Shown one piece after another: positions 1 to 9,841 of a stretch of 64,000 nucleotides of DNA. The notes below the pieces were generated by a model that searched no databases, had not been told where the DNA came from, and saw only the letters and a program-made list of their open reading frames with translations. Made by a program: the position numbers and the translations under genes. This DNA comes from Desulforegulaceae bacterium (lineage in GTDB: Bacteria; Desulfobacterota; Desulfobacteria; Desulfobacterales; JACKCP01), in NCBI GenBank assembly GCA_034007295.1, contig JAVERC010000012.1, positions 5,329 through 69,328 on the forward strand. The letters are read 5' to 3'. The stretch's first letter is position 1, and every line of letters begins with the position of its first letter.

Positions 1-208
1 CTCCGTTTCGGCAAGCACGAGGCGGAGCATTAAAACCGCCCTTACCCTTTGGAATTCCGTTTGGTCTAAATGATCCTGTTGAAAGAAGCTTTTTTACATT
101 TGTGCTTTTACATTTTTTACATTCAATTTTTTCGTTTTCTTCACCCTGAAATACAAGACATTCAAAAACTTCTCCACAGTCTTCACACTGATATTCGTAA
201 ATAGGCAT
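1..208 (-). CDS. FmdB-family zinc-ribbon protein (3' end runs off the window)
   Basis: Partial, so absent from the ORF track. Reverse complement from ATG (206-208) reads MPIYEYQCEDCGEVFECLVFQGEENEKIECKKCKSTNVKKLLSTGSF... The MPxYEYxCxxC start plus a second CxxC pair is the FmdB/CxxC_CxxC_SSSS pattern. Confidence 0.7.
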   Translation of the reverse strand, partial: MPIYEYQCEDCGEVFECLVFQGEENEKIECKKCKSTNVKKLLSTGSFRPNGIPKGKGGFNAPPRACRNG

Positions 209-411
209 TTTAAACTCCTTAAAAAACATAAAAATTAATTTAACCAGCTTTTATAGATTAAATATTTTTTTTAAAGTTACAATTCCATTTTAAAAAAACA
301 TATAAATATAAATTGATGAACTGCTAATACATATAGTATCTTCAAATTTTTTAATCTGATCCAATATTTATATTTAATAATAATTTTAATTTTTAACCGG
401 AAAAAATAATT

Positions 412-1638
412 ATGGCAGTATTTGAATATCAGGCACTTACAAAAAACGGAAAAAATAAAAAAGGTATAATTGATGCAGGAAGTCCACAAACTGCAAAGGC
501 AAAAATCAGAGAAAAAAATTTGTACCCTGTATCTTTAAAAGAAATAAAATCTGAAAAAAATTCAAAACAGTCTTCAGCAATTTTAGCTTCAATTCTAAAG
601 CCTAAAATAAAAACAAAGGAAATTTCACTTGCAACAAGACAGATTTCAACACTTTTATCTGCAAGATTTCACCTTGTTGCTGCACTTGAATCTGTTTCAA
701 ATCAGATTAGATCTGAAAGACTCAAAACAATTTTAACCAAAGTAAAAGATGAAGTTGAATCAGGAAAAAGCTTTGCAGAAGCATTGTCTGGTTACCCTGA
801 TGTATTTACTTCAATTTATATAAATATGATAAAAGCTGCTGAAGCCGCAGGAACTTTGGAAATAGTCATGGAACGTATTGCTGATTTAATGGAAACCTCA
901 GAAAAAAGAAAATCCAAAATCAGAGCAGCCCTTGCCTATCCTGTGCTTATGATGTTTTTTGGAGTTATTGTTTTAGTTATTTTAATGACTATGATTGTTC
1001 CAAAAATTGTATCCATTTTTTCAGATATGAATCAGCAGCTTCCTGCAATTACAATTTTTCTTATTGCTGCAAGCGATTTTTTGAAAAAATTCTGGTGGGT
1101 TCTTATGATTGTTATTGTTTTTTCCCCTGGACTAATACGGTATCTTTTTAAAAATGACAAAACCGGATATTTCATGGACAGCCTTGTAATTAAAATCCCC
1201 CTTTTTGGAGAACTTAATAAAAAACTTATAGCAGCAAGGTTTTCAAGAATTTTGTCCTCTCTTGTCAAATATGATGTACCTATTTTAAAGTCCCTTGATA
1301 TTGTTATAAATATTGTAGAAAACAGAATTTTTAAAGATGCTCTTCTAAGAACAAAAAATGGAGTAGAACGCGGCGACGGCCTTGCATATTCCCTTGAAAG
1401 AGAAAAAATTTTCCCTGAAATTACAACCCAGATGATTGCAGTTGGTGAAAAAAGCGGAAATCTTGAAGATATGCTTGCAAAAGTTGCAGATATTTATGAA
1501 TCAGAAACAGAAGATTTAATAGTTGCACTTACTTCAATGCTTGAACCCCTTATTATAGTTTTTATGGCTGTTGTAATTGGATTTATAGTTTTTGCAATCT
1601 GTATTCCTATTTTTACCATGAACCAGCTTATTGGATAA
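412..1638 (+). CDS. Type II secretion / type IV pilus platform protein, GspF/PilC family
   Basis: 408 aa. MAVFEYQALTKNGK N-terminus, two T2SSF-like halves, hydrophobic helices (AYPVLMMFFGVIVLVILM, LIIVFMAVVIGFIVFAI). Confidence 0.8.
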   Translation: MAVFEYQALTKNGKNKKGIIDAGSPQTAKAKIREKNLYPVSLKEIKSEKNSKQSSAILASILKPKIKTKEISLATRQISTLLSARFHLVAALESVSNQIRSERLKTILTKVKDEVESGKSFAEALSGYPDVFTSIYINMIKAAEAAGTLEIVMERIADLMETSEKRKSKIRAALAYPVLMMFFGVIVLVILMTMIVPKIVSIFSDMNQQLPAITIFLIAASDFLKKFWWVLMIVIVFSPGLIRYLFKNDKTGYFMDSLVIKIPLFGELNKKLIAARFSRILSSLVKYDVPILKSLDIVINIVENRIFKDALLRTKNGVERGDGLAYSLEREKIFPEITTQMIAVGEKSGNLEDMLAKVADIYESETEDLIVALTSMLEPLIIVFMAVVIGFIVFAICIPIFTMNQLIG

Positions 1639-1709
1639 TAATTAATATTGACTTGTTTCAAAAAATATTAAACTTTGTTTTTTTATCTGCATTTAAAATC
1701 GGGGGAATC

Positions 1710-2753
1710 ATGAAAGAAGTAATGGAAAATATCTACTGCATAACCCAGAAATTTCGCTGGTCAATGTTTAAGCCGCCTGCAAATATCTATATAATAGCAT
1801 CAAAAAAAGGAATTATTTTTGACAGCGGATATGGAACTTTTTATGATTTAAGGTTTTTCAGAAAACAATATTTAAAAGTTCTTAATGATATCAAAAAAAA
1901 AGGAATTGAATTTAATCCTTATTATATAATTCCAAGCCACTCCCACGGAGATCATTTTTCAGGACTTTCAGGAATAAGAAAATTTACAAAAGCAAAAGTC
2001 TGCCTTACTCCCCTAATGGCTGAAGTTCTGGCATCAAAAGAAAATTTAATAAAAAAACACAAACTTTCAGGCTCGCCCGTAAGAGTTTTATGGAAAGAAG
2101 AAAGAACCAAAGCTGCCGGAAGATGGGATCTTATTTTTCCACATGTTTTTGGATTAAAATTTTTAAATGATCCAGACATAATCATAAATGAAAACGACAA
2201 AATCAATGACGGTGAAAAAGACTGGAGAATTATTCCTGTAAAAGGACATTGCGATGATCATATAGCACTTTTTAATGAAAAATCAGGAATAATGTTTTGC
2301 GGAGACAATATTATACAAAATGTAACAACCTGGCTTGGACCTCCAAGATCAGATGTTGAAGCTTATTGCAGAAGTCTTCAAACTGTTTACAGCCTTAAAA
2401 ATTTAAAAATTATTCTTCCTGGACACGGAAGGCCTGTAACTGATCCCAAAAAAAGAATAACTGAAATTCTTATACACAGAAGAAACAGGACAAAAGATGT
2501 TATAGATATTATTTCCAATCACAAAGACGGAATAAGATTTAAAAATTTAAGGGATCAAATTTATCCTGAAGGCACAAAATTCTGGGTTAAAAGCAGTGGT
2601 GAAGGCTGGATTTTATCTACAATTGATTTTTTAATGAAAAAACGGCTTATAAAGCTTTCAAAAAAAAATGGGAAAACAAAAATTATTCCAAGAAAAAAAA
2701 TATTTGATGAAACAGAAGTTGAAAATATACTTTCTTTACTGCAAAAAAAATAA
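1710..2753 (+). CDS. MBL-fold metallo-hydrolase
   Basis: HSHGDHFSG (HxHxDH) motif, then GHCDDH and PGHG. Start placed at ATG 1710 behind a GGGGGAA RBS rather than the TTG at 1653. Confidence 0.75.
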   Translation: MKEVMENIYCITQKFRWSMFKPPANIYIIASKKGIIFDSGYGTFYDLRFFRKQYLKVLNDIKKKGIEFNPYYIIPSHSHGDHFSGLSGIRKFTKAKVCLTPLMAEVLASKENLIKKHKLSGSPVRVLWKEERTKAAGRWDLIFPHVFGLKFLNDPDIIINENDKINDGEKDWRIIPVKGHCDDHIALFNEKSGIMFCGDNIIQNVTTWLGPPRSDVEAYCRSLQTVYSLKNLKIILPGHGRPVTDPKKRITEILIHRRNRTKDVIDIISNHKDGIRFKNLRDQIYPEGTKFWVKSSGEGWILSTIDFLMKKRLIKLSKKNGKTKIIPRKKIFDETEVENILSLLQKK

Positions 2754-3030
2754 AAATTTTAGTAAATTGAACTAAAGCATAAATTAAAAAATACAGTTTT
2801 TGGGTATTAAATTTACTTCTAATTTATTAATAAAAAAACAATTTTTTAGTTCTATGCCTATTAATATCAGGACTTAAAAATAAAATTATTGACTAATCCA
2901 TGTGAAATTATGATATTGTTTTTTTTTGATAAACTTATTTTTTTACCAAAAAAACAGTTATAATTTTTAGCTTTAGATCATTATCTTCGTTTGAGTTTTT
3001 AACAAATTCATAGTAACGATTGGCTGGTCA

Positions 3031-3612
3031 ATGAACAAAAAAAAAGCTTTAATTCCAATCAAAATTCTTTTGCTTATTTTGCCTTTATTTTTTTTGTTGT
3101 CATGTGCTTCCAAAAAGCCAGAATTCCCCGACCCCCAATGGAAATTTGAAAAAAATGCCATAGAAATCAGATACAGCTCATCAAAAAACCTTAATCTTTT
3201 TAATGAAAATCCCCACACCCTTGTTGCAGGAATTTTTCAGCTTGCTCAAAAAGCCGAATTTGAGGAAATCAGTAACACATCTCAGGGACTTAAAGAGCTT
3301 TTAAGCATAAAAAATATTTCAGATAAAAACAGCCTGAAAATAAAGGACTGTCTGAAATATTTACCTGTTATTATTTCACCGGATGAAAATAAAACAATAA
3401 CAATAGACAGGGAAGAAAATACAAGATGGATTGGAATAATAGCAGGTTATTACAGTCTTGATCCAAAAAATTCAGTCAGAATATATGAAATACCTGTTAT
3501 AAATGAGACTGAAAAAAAATTTTTCAAAAAAAAATACAAATCATATCCTTCACAAATGTTTATAAATATCAACTTTGGAAGCTATTCAATAACAAATTTG
3601 GAGACAGATTAA
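3031..3612 (+). CDS. tssJ: T6SS outer-membrane lipoprotein TssJ
   Basis: 193 aa. Signal peptide with lipobox LLSC. NLNLFNENPHTLVAGIFQLAQKAEFEE resembles the TssJ/SciN block. Lies directly upstream of tssK-tssL-tssM. Confidence 0.7.
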   Translation: MNKKKALIPIKILLLILPLFFLLSCASKKPEFPDPQWKFEKNAIEIRYSSSKNLNLFNENPHTLVAGIFQLAQKAEFEEISNTSQGLKELLSIKNISDKNSLKIKDCLKYLPVIISPDENKTITIDREENTRWIGIIAGYYSLDPKNSVRIYEIPVINETEKKFFKKKYKSYPSQMFININFGSYSITNLETD

Positions 3613-5004
3613 TTGGATTTTACAAAACCGGTTTACTGGCATCAGGGTTTATTTCTTCAGCCCCATCATTTTCAGCAGCAGGAACTTTACTTAAAATCTG
3701 ACTTTTCTTTTTTTACCGGCCTTATTTTGCCTTATCCATGGGGAATTAAAACCTATGAACTGAACAAGGAATCACTTAAAAATAATATAATTGAACTTGA
3801 TTCTGGTGAATTTATTTTTCAGGATACAACCATTGTATCATTCCCCAAAAATGCTGCTGCTGTTCCAAGGGTTTTTGATCCATTAAAAATTAATCAGGAC
3901 AAACCTGAAAAAATTTATTTAGGCATCAAAAAAATGTCTCAGTCTTCAATCAATGCCCACCAGACTGAAAACAGCGAAAATTTAAATGAAACCTTTGCAA
4001 GATTTGTAATAAAAGGAATTCCTGATGAAGTAAAAGACCTTTATTCAAAAGGCAGTGAAGCACAAATTGAAAAAATGACATATCTTTTAAAATTTTATTT
4101 TGAATCAGAACTTGAAAATCTTCAGAATTATTGTTTTTTCCCCATAGCAGTTATTGAAAAACAGGGAGACAATATTTACTATAAAAATGATTTTATTCCC
4201 CCATTAATAAATGTTTCAGCATCTGAAAAAATTTTTAAACTTGTATACAATTTAAAAGAAAGCCTTTCAGCAAGAGCAAGGCAGCTTGAGGAATACAAAA
4301 ATCCCCTGGGAATGAAAAAGTCATCTTTTACTACAGAATATTTTATTTATCTCATGGCCCTGCAAACTTTAAACAGGCATCTTCCTTTATTAAATAATGT
4401 TTTGAAATTTTCAAATCTTCATCCATGGACTTTGTACAATATTCTTTGCCAGATTGCAGGTGAATTAAGCAGTTTTTCAAATAGAATAAACTGCCTTGGT
4501 GAAACAAAAATCGGAACAAAGCTGATTTTGGAATATGACCATGAAAATCTATGGGAAATTTATTCTCAAATTTCAAAACTTATTTTAGAACTTTTAGATG
4601 AAATAATAATTGGCCCGGAACATATTATTTTTCTTGAAAGAAATGAGGATGAATTTTTTGCGGAAATAAAAGAAGATATTTTTGACGGCCAAAATCTGTA
4701 TTTTCTAATTGTAAAAACTTCTGAAGACAAAAATATACTTATTAAAAATATAAAAAATATTGCTAAACTTTCATCCAAACAAACAATGGACATTCTTGTA
4801 GCAAGAGCTTTGCCTGGTATTGAAATGATTAATGAACCTTCACCGCCTTATGGAATACCTGGAAGACCTGATTCAACATATTTTAAAATAAATCATTTGG
4901 CATCATTATTTAAAAAAGTAAAACACGAAAAAAATATCTGCCTTTATTTTGAAGGTGCTCCAAAGGATATGAGATGCGAACTTATTGTTATAAAAGGTGA
5001 ATAA
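3613..5004 (+). CDS. tssK: T6SS baseplate protein TssK
   Basis: 463 aa. N-terminal PVYWHQGLFLQPHHFQQQ is the TssK signature. TTG start abuts the tssJ stop. Confidence 0.85.
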   Translation: MDFTKPVYWHQGLFLQPHHFQQQELYLKSDFSFFTGLILPYPWGIKTYELNKESLKNNIIELDSGEFIFQDTTIVSFPKNAAAVPRVFDPLKINQDKPEKIYLGIKKMSQSSINAHQTENSENLNETFARFVIKGIPDEVKDLYSKGSEAQIEKMTYLLKFYFESELENLQNYCFFPIAVIEKQGDNIYYKNDFIPPLINVSASEKIFKLVYNLKESLSARARQLEEYKNPLGMKKSSFTTEYFIYLMALQTLNRHLPLLNNVLKFSNLHPWTLYNILCQIAGELSSFSNRINCLGETKIGTKLILEYDHENLWEIYSQISKLILELLDEIIIGPEHIIFLERNEDEFFAEIKEDIFDGQNLYFLIVKTSEDKNILIKNIKNIAKLSSKQTMDILVARALPGIEMINEPSPPYGIPGRPDSTYFKINHLASLFKKVKHEKNICLYFEGAPKDMRCELIVIKGE

Positions 5005-5696
5005 TGGAAACTTTGGATTTAGGCGGTAAAACACCAAGACTTATTGATTCATTTACAGAAATAATTACATATGTTTCATACTTTCTTGCAGATGTTGATA
5101 AAATCCAGCCTGAATTTGACAATATTAAAAATGACATAGACAAACTTTTCCTTGAGTCCCAAAAAAAAGCCAAAAACCAAAATATTAAAAATCTTGACTG
5201 GAAAAAAGGCTGTTTTCCAGTTGCAGCCTGGGTTGATGAAACAATTTTATGTTCCAACTGGAATTTCAGAGATAAATGGAGAAAAAATCAGCTTCAGCTT
5301 AGATATTTTAAAACAACAAATGCAGGTGCAATTTTTTTTGAAAAACTTGAATCCTGCAATTCAAGGGAATTAAGGGAAATTTTTATTTACTGCCTTGCTC
5401 TTGGTTTCAAAGGCAAATTTTTTTCAGATGACGATTTTATAGAACTTTCTGAAGTTAAAGCAGACAATATTTTAAAATATTTTTCCAAAGATCAGGATAT
5501 TAATATTCCAGAAACTCTTTTTCCTGAAGCCTATTGCAGTTACTCTGGTAAAATAAAAAAAAAGCAAAGAAAAATTTCAAACTTTTTTATTTATAGTTTT
5601 TTTATAGGCGGCCCTCCACTTGCAGCAGTTTTTCTTTTTTATTTATGCAGCACTAAACTTGATGAACTTTTAATTAATCTCAAAATAATCTGGTAA
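5004..5696 (+). CDS. tssL: T6SS membrane complex protein TssL (DotU family)
   Basis: 230 aa. DotU-like cytoplasmic domain and one C-terminal TM helix (FFIYSFFIGGPPLAAVFLFYL). TAATG overlap with tssK. No OmpA-type extension. Confidence 0.8.
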   Translation: METLDLGGKTPRLIDSFTEIITYVSYFLADVDKIQPEFDNIKNDIDKLFLESQKKAKNQNIKNLDWKKGCFPVAAWVDETILCSNWNFRDKWRKNQLQLRYFKTTNAGAIFFEKLESCNSRELREIFIYCLALGFKGKFFSDDDFIELSEVKADNILKYFSKDQDINIPETLFPEAYCSYSGKIKKKQRKISNFFIYSFFIGGPPLAAVFLFYLCSTKLDELLINLKIIW

Positions 5697-5710
5697 ACGG
5701 ATGATAATTC

Positions 5711-8700
5711 ATGCTTAAAAAGGCTTTGAAATTAATCTTTTTTATTTTTCTTCTTACAGCAGCAGTATTTTTTATATATTTTTATACATCTTCAAAAATG
5801 CTTCCCTGGTGGACTTCTGCAGTTATGGTATCTGGAATAATTGCACTGATTTTTGTTATTATTTTTTTAAAAAAATATTTAGCCAGAAAAAAAGAAAAAA
5901 AATTTATTGAAAAAATTATTTCACATGAAAGTTTTTATGAAAAAACTCCACAATCTGGTTTTGAAACAAATAATATATCCGAAAAATGGCTTGAATCAGT
6001 TGAGCTTTTAAAAAAATCAAACCTTAAAAAAATCGGCAATCCCCTTTATGTTCTTCCATGGTACATGGTACTTGGTGAACCTGGATGCGGAAAAACCTCA
6101 TGTATAAAAAATTCAGGTCTTTATCTTCCTGTAACTGAAATAAGCAAAACAGTTTCAGTTTCAGGCACAAAAAACTTTGACTGGTGGTTTTTTCAGGAAG
6201 CAATTATCCTTGATACTGCCGGACGATATACAATCCCGGTTGATGAACAAAATGATCTAAGGGAATGGCAGAATTTTCTTACCCTTGTATGTAAATACAG
6301 GAAAAAAGAACCTCTAAACGGAATCATTGCTGCAATATCTGCTGAGGATTTACTGAAAAAATCAAGTGAAAACCTCAATGAAACAGGCCATGGCATTAGG
6401 AAAAGAATAGATCAGATCATGCGTGCCATGGGTTCAAAAATTCCTGTTTATATTATGGTAACAAAAACAGACCTGATTAATGGAATGACTGATTTTTCAA
6501 TGTCTCTTCATGAATCTTCACTTACCCAGGCAATGGGGTTTTCAAACCCGGATGAAAATTCAGACTACAGGTTTTTTTTGGATAAGGCATTTAATGCTAT
6601 AGCCCAAAGACTCAAAGATATAAGGCTTTTAATTGCCAACAAGTCTGGAATGGAAAGCCCTGGATTTTTGATTTTTCCTGAGGAATTTGAAAAAATTTAC
6701 AATGGTCTTGAAGCATTTTTAAAAGGAATTTTTGAAAAAAATCATTACCAGGAAGATCCAATGTTTAGAGGGATTTATTTTTCATCAGCTCTTCAAAACC
6801 AAAATCCCGAATCAGAATTTATAAAAAATTTTAATTTTATTGAAAAAGCAGTTTCACTCAGCAAAAAAAATATCAGAAAAAGTATTTTTCTTACTGATTT
6901 TTTTAAAACCGTAATTACAAAAGACAGAAATATTTTTTATCCAATAAAAGAATTTTTAAAATGGAAAAAGATAACAGCAGGTATTGGAATAATCTCATGG
7001 ATAATGATTTTTGTATTTATTTGTGGAATTATAGGACTTTCCTTTTGGAATAATTCAAAAAATCTTTTGTTTGTTTCACAAAATATCAATTTATCTAAAA
7101 AATTGTCAGACGATATTTCTGTAAAGCTAATTGAACTAAACGATTTAAGGGAGAAAATAAGGATACTTGAACAAAGAAACAAAACATTTCTTCCTTCTTT
7201 TCTTGAATTTGATCATTCAAAAAAAACAGAGGAAAAACTTAAACAAAGTTTTTCTAATGATTTTAAAACAATTTTTTTATCAGAGCTTGATAAAAATATA
7301 AGTAGTTATGTAAATAAAATTAATTACAGGTCAAACAGCGTAGTTACTGCAAAATATATAGAACATTTAATTTCAAGAATTATTATTTTAGAAAACTTAA
7401 AATCTGATTCTTTTTTTAAAACAAGTGACAACGCTATTATAAATCCCCATCTTTCAGTAATTTTTCCAAATATCAATAAGGAAATATACAGTTATTTTAT
7501 AAATTCATATATTGATTTCATAAAATGGAATAACGAAAACGATTATAAAGATATTAATATTTTAAGGCTTAGAAATACTATTGAGGAAATTATACAAAAA
7601 AAAGGCCAGAACCTTTTCTGGATAGCTGAAAAAAATATTAAATACAATACATTATATGATCTTGGGTTTTTCTGGGGTAAAAATTTAGAGTCTACAAATA
7701 TTTATGTAGATCCTGCATTTACTGTTTCAGGTAAAAAAGAACTGGAACTTTTTTTAAATAACCTGAAAAAAGTTTTAGAAAATGATAGGCTAATCAGCCA
7801 GATGGAAAAAGAATTTTATATCTGGTATGAAGAAAAATTTTTAAATGAGTGGCTAAATTTTGCTCTTTCCTTTCCAGCTGCTCAAAAACTTCTTGTATTA
7901 AGAGAAGATTTCAAAAATAAGGCTTTGGAAATGACCATGCCTGAAAATCCATATTTTAATCTTATAAAAACAATTGACAATGAAACAAAATTTATAAATC
8001 AACCTCCAATATGGCTTTTAAATTTAAGGCATCTTGTAAAGGCTTCACAAATAATCCCTGAAAATGAAAAAAAAGGCTTAATAGATAATTTAAAAAACAA
8101 TAAAAATAAAGTTGTAATAAAACTTAATCCTTTTAATGCTGAAGAGAAAAAAACAATTTTTGATGTATCTGACATATATCATGAATACCTTAAATCACTT
8201 GAAAGTCTAAGGCCTGTTACCCAGTCTGCAGGTGATGCCTATGCACAGACATCTTTACTTTTTACAACCGAACCAGGCAAAAAAGGATCAGATTCAGATT
8301 TTTACAAGGCAAATGACAATTTTTTAATGCTTATAAATGAACTTAGAAAATCAGGTGATACTGAAATTTTAAAACTTCTTTTAAAGGGTCCGCTTGATTT
8401 TTTGACTATGTACTCGGTAAGAGAAACATCATGCCTTCTTCAGGAAAAATGGGATGAACTTGTTATTGGCCCTTGTTCAGGCATTAATGATTATAAAATT
8501 CCATATCTGGTTTTTAACAAGGAAAACGGTTTTTTATGGGATTTTTTAAACGGCCCGGGAAAACCATTTATAGGCAGAAATCAAAACGGTTTTTTTGCAA
8601 ACTCTTCATTCAAAAATAAAATTGATTTTAATCCTGATTTCTTAAAATACATTTCCAAAGGATCTGAAACAATTGTCCAGACTGAACCGTTTTACTATGT

Positions 8701-9133
8701 TGATATAAAGACTCTTCCCCTTGATATAAATAATGACGCGTCAATAAAGCCCTATGGTGTAATTTTAAGGCTTAATTGTCTTGAAAATAAATCTGTTCTT
8801 GAAAATTATAATTATCCAGATGATTTTCAATTCAAATGGTCACCTGCATCATGCGGAGACACTGAACTTGAAATCAAATTTAAAAATTTCAGCCTTATAA
8901 AAAAATATATTGGGAATCTTGGATTTGCAGAATTTTTAAATGATTTTAAAGACGGAGTAAAAGTATTTGAGCCAAAAGATTTTGAAGCAGATCAAAAAAT
9001 GCTTGAATCCTTTAAAATTAAAAAAATTATTGTTTCATACAATATTAAAAACAGCATTGAAGTAATTAAACTTCTTCAAAAAACTCCTGAAAAAATACCT
9101 CCAAAAATAGCAGATTGCTGGGGTAAAGAATAA
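5711..9133 (+). CDS. tssM: T6SS membrane complex protein TssM (IcmF family)
   Basis: 1140 aa. N-terminal TM helices, Walker A GEPGCGKTS, IcmF-like length, and position after tssL. Confidence 0.9.
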   Translation: MLKKALKLIFFIFLLTAAVFFIYFYTSSKMLPWWTSAVMVSGIIALIFVIIFLKKYLARKKEKKFIEKIISHESFYEKTPQSGFETNNISEKWLESVELLKKSNLKKIGNPLYVLPWYMVLGEPGCGKTSCIKNSGLYLPVTEISKTVSVSGTKNFDWWFFQEAIILDTAGRYTIPVDEQNDLREWQNFLTLVCKYRKKEPLNGIIAAISAEDLLKKSSENLNETGHGIRKRIDQIMRAMGSKIPVYIMVTKTDLINGMTDFSMSLHESSLTQAMGFSNPDENSDYRFFLDKAFNAIAQRLKDIRLLIANKSGMESPGFLIFPEEFEKIYNGLEAFLKGIFEKNHYQEDPMFRGIYFSSALQNQNPESEFIKNFNFIEKAVSLSKKNIRKSIFLTDFFKTVITKDRNIFYPIKEFLKWKKITAGIGIISWIMIFVFICGIIGLSFWNNSKNLLFVSQNINLSKKLSDDISVKLIELNDLREKIRILEQRNKTFLPSFLEFDHSKKTEEKLKQSFSNDFKTIFLSELDKNISSYVNKINYRSNSVVTAKYIEHLISRIIILENLKSDSFFKTSDNAIINPHLSVIFPNINKEIYSYFINSYIDFIKWNNENDYKDINILRLRNTIEEIIQKKGQNLFWIAEKNIKYNTLYDLGFFWGKNLESTNIYVDPAFTVSGKKELELFLNNLKKVLENDRLISQMEKEFYIWYEEKFLNEWLNFALSFPAAQKLLVLREDFKNKALEMTMPENPYFNLIKTIDNETKFINQPPIWLLNLRHLVKASQIIPENEKKGLIDNLKNNKNKVVIKLNPFNAEEKKTIFDVSDIYHEYLKSLESLRPVTQSAGDAYAQTSLLFTTEPGKKGSDSDFYKANDNFLMLINELRKSGDTEILKLLLKGPLDFLTMYSVRETSCLLQEKWDELVIGPCSGINDYKIPYLVFNKENGFLWDFLNGPGKPFIGRNQNGFFANSSFKNKIDFNPDFLKYISKGSETIVQTEPFYYVDIKTLPLDINNDASIKPYGVILRLNCLENKSVLENYNYPDDFQFKWSPASCGDTELEIKFKNFSLIKKYIGNLGFAEFLNDFKDGVKVFEPKDFEADQKMLESFKIKKIIVSYNIKNSIEVIKLLQKTPEKIPPKIADCWGKE

Positions 9134-9134
9134 T

Positions 9135-9818
9135 ATGTCTTCATTTGAAAATGAAATTTTTATTTGGGGCAAGCACAAAAGTTTTCCAGACTTTATTAAA
9201 ATTTCAGATAATAACAAGTACCTTTTAGAAATAGAAAAGGTTTTTGACAATTCTTTGTATTTTTCATCTTTAAGCTCAACAAAGATAATTTTTTATATTT
9301 TTCATAAAAAAAAAGGATTTATTACAGGTGCAGTTTTGCAAAGTATGGACTCAAAATTAAGAAACAGCCCTTTTTTAATAGGTATAAGGTATAAAACAAT
9401 TAATTATCTAAAAAAATGGAATAACCTTTTTTTATCAGGATTTCAGATTTTTGAAAATGCAGATAAAATTGTTAATAAAGAATTTGATAATATCAATTCT
9501 TTTAAAAAGGAAGCTTTTGCAACAAAAAAAATTAGATTTTCTGAAACTTTTTTATTTGTTTCAGATGATAAAATAAAAAAGTTTGTTTTTGAAAATATAA
9601 AAAAAGAAAAAGAAAATTTAAACAAGCAAAAATTAATGGTTTTTAAAGTTGAAAAAGAGAAAAAAAATGATATTCTCAAAATATTATATCATATTGAAAA
9701 ATTAACAAATATTACTCCTTTTTCTTTTTTTTTAAGAGAAAATACCAACAATTTTCAATTGTCTTTTTTTTACAGAAAATTTTCATATAAAGATTTGACA
9801 AACATCTGGTTAAGCTGA
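9135..9818 (+). CDS. tagF: TagF-like T6SS-associated protein (DUF2094)
   Basis: 227 aa. IWGKHKSFPDFIKIS matches the TagF GKLPxxGDF N-terminal motif and SMDSKLRNSPFLIGI matches the D-x-x-GR-x-(F/Y)P-L block. Immediately follows tssM. Confidence 0.55.
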   Translation: MSSFENEIFIWGKHKSFPDFIKISDNNKYLLEIEKVFDNSLYFSSLSSTKIIFYIFHKKKGFITGAVLQSMDSKLRNSPFLIGIRYKTINYLKKWNNLFLSGFQIFENADKIVNKEFDNINSFKKEAFATKKIRFSETFLFVSDDKIKKFVFENIKKEKENLNKQKLMVFKVEKEKKNDILKILYHIEKLTNITPFSFFLRENTNNFQLSFFYRKFSYKDLTNIWLS

Positions 9819-9841
9819 TTCTAAAAAAATAAGGAATTGAA

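Noticed and set aside
277-489. 70-aa minus-strand ORF overlapping the gspF-family start
   Set aside because: It lies in extremely AT-rich promoter sequence with an implausible Phe/Ile/Lys/Tyr composition, and it overlaps a well-supported gene start.
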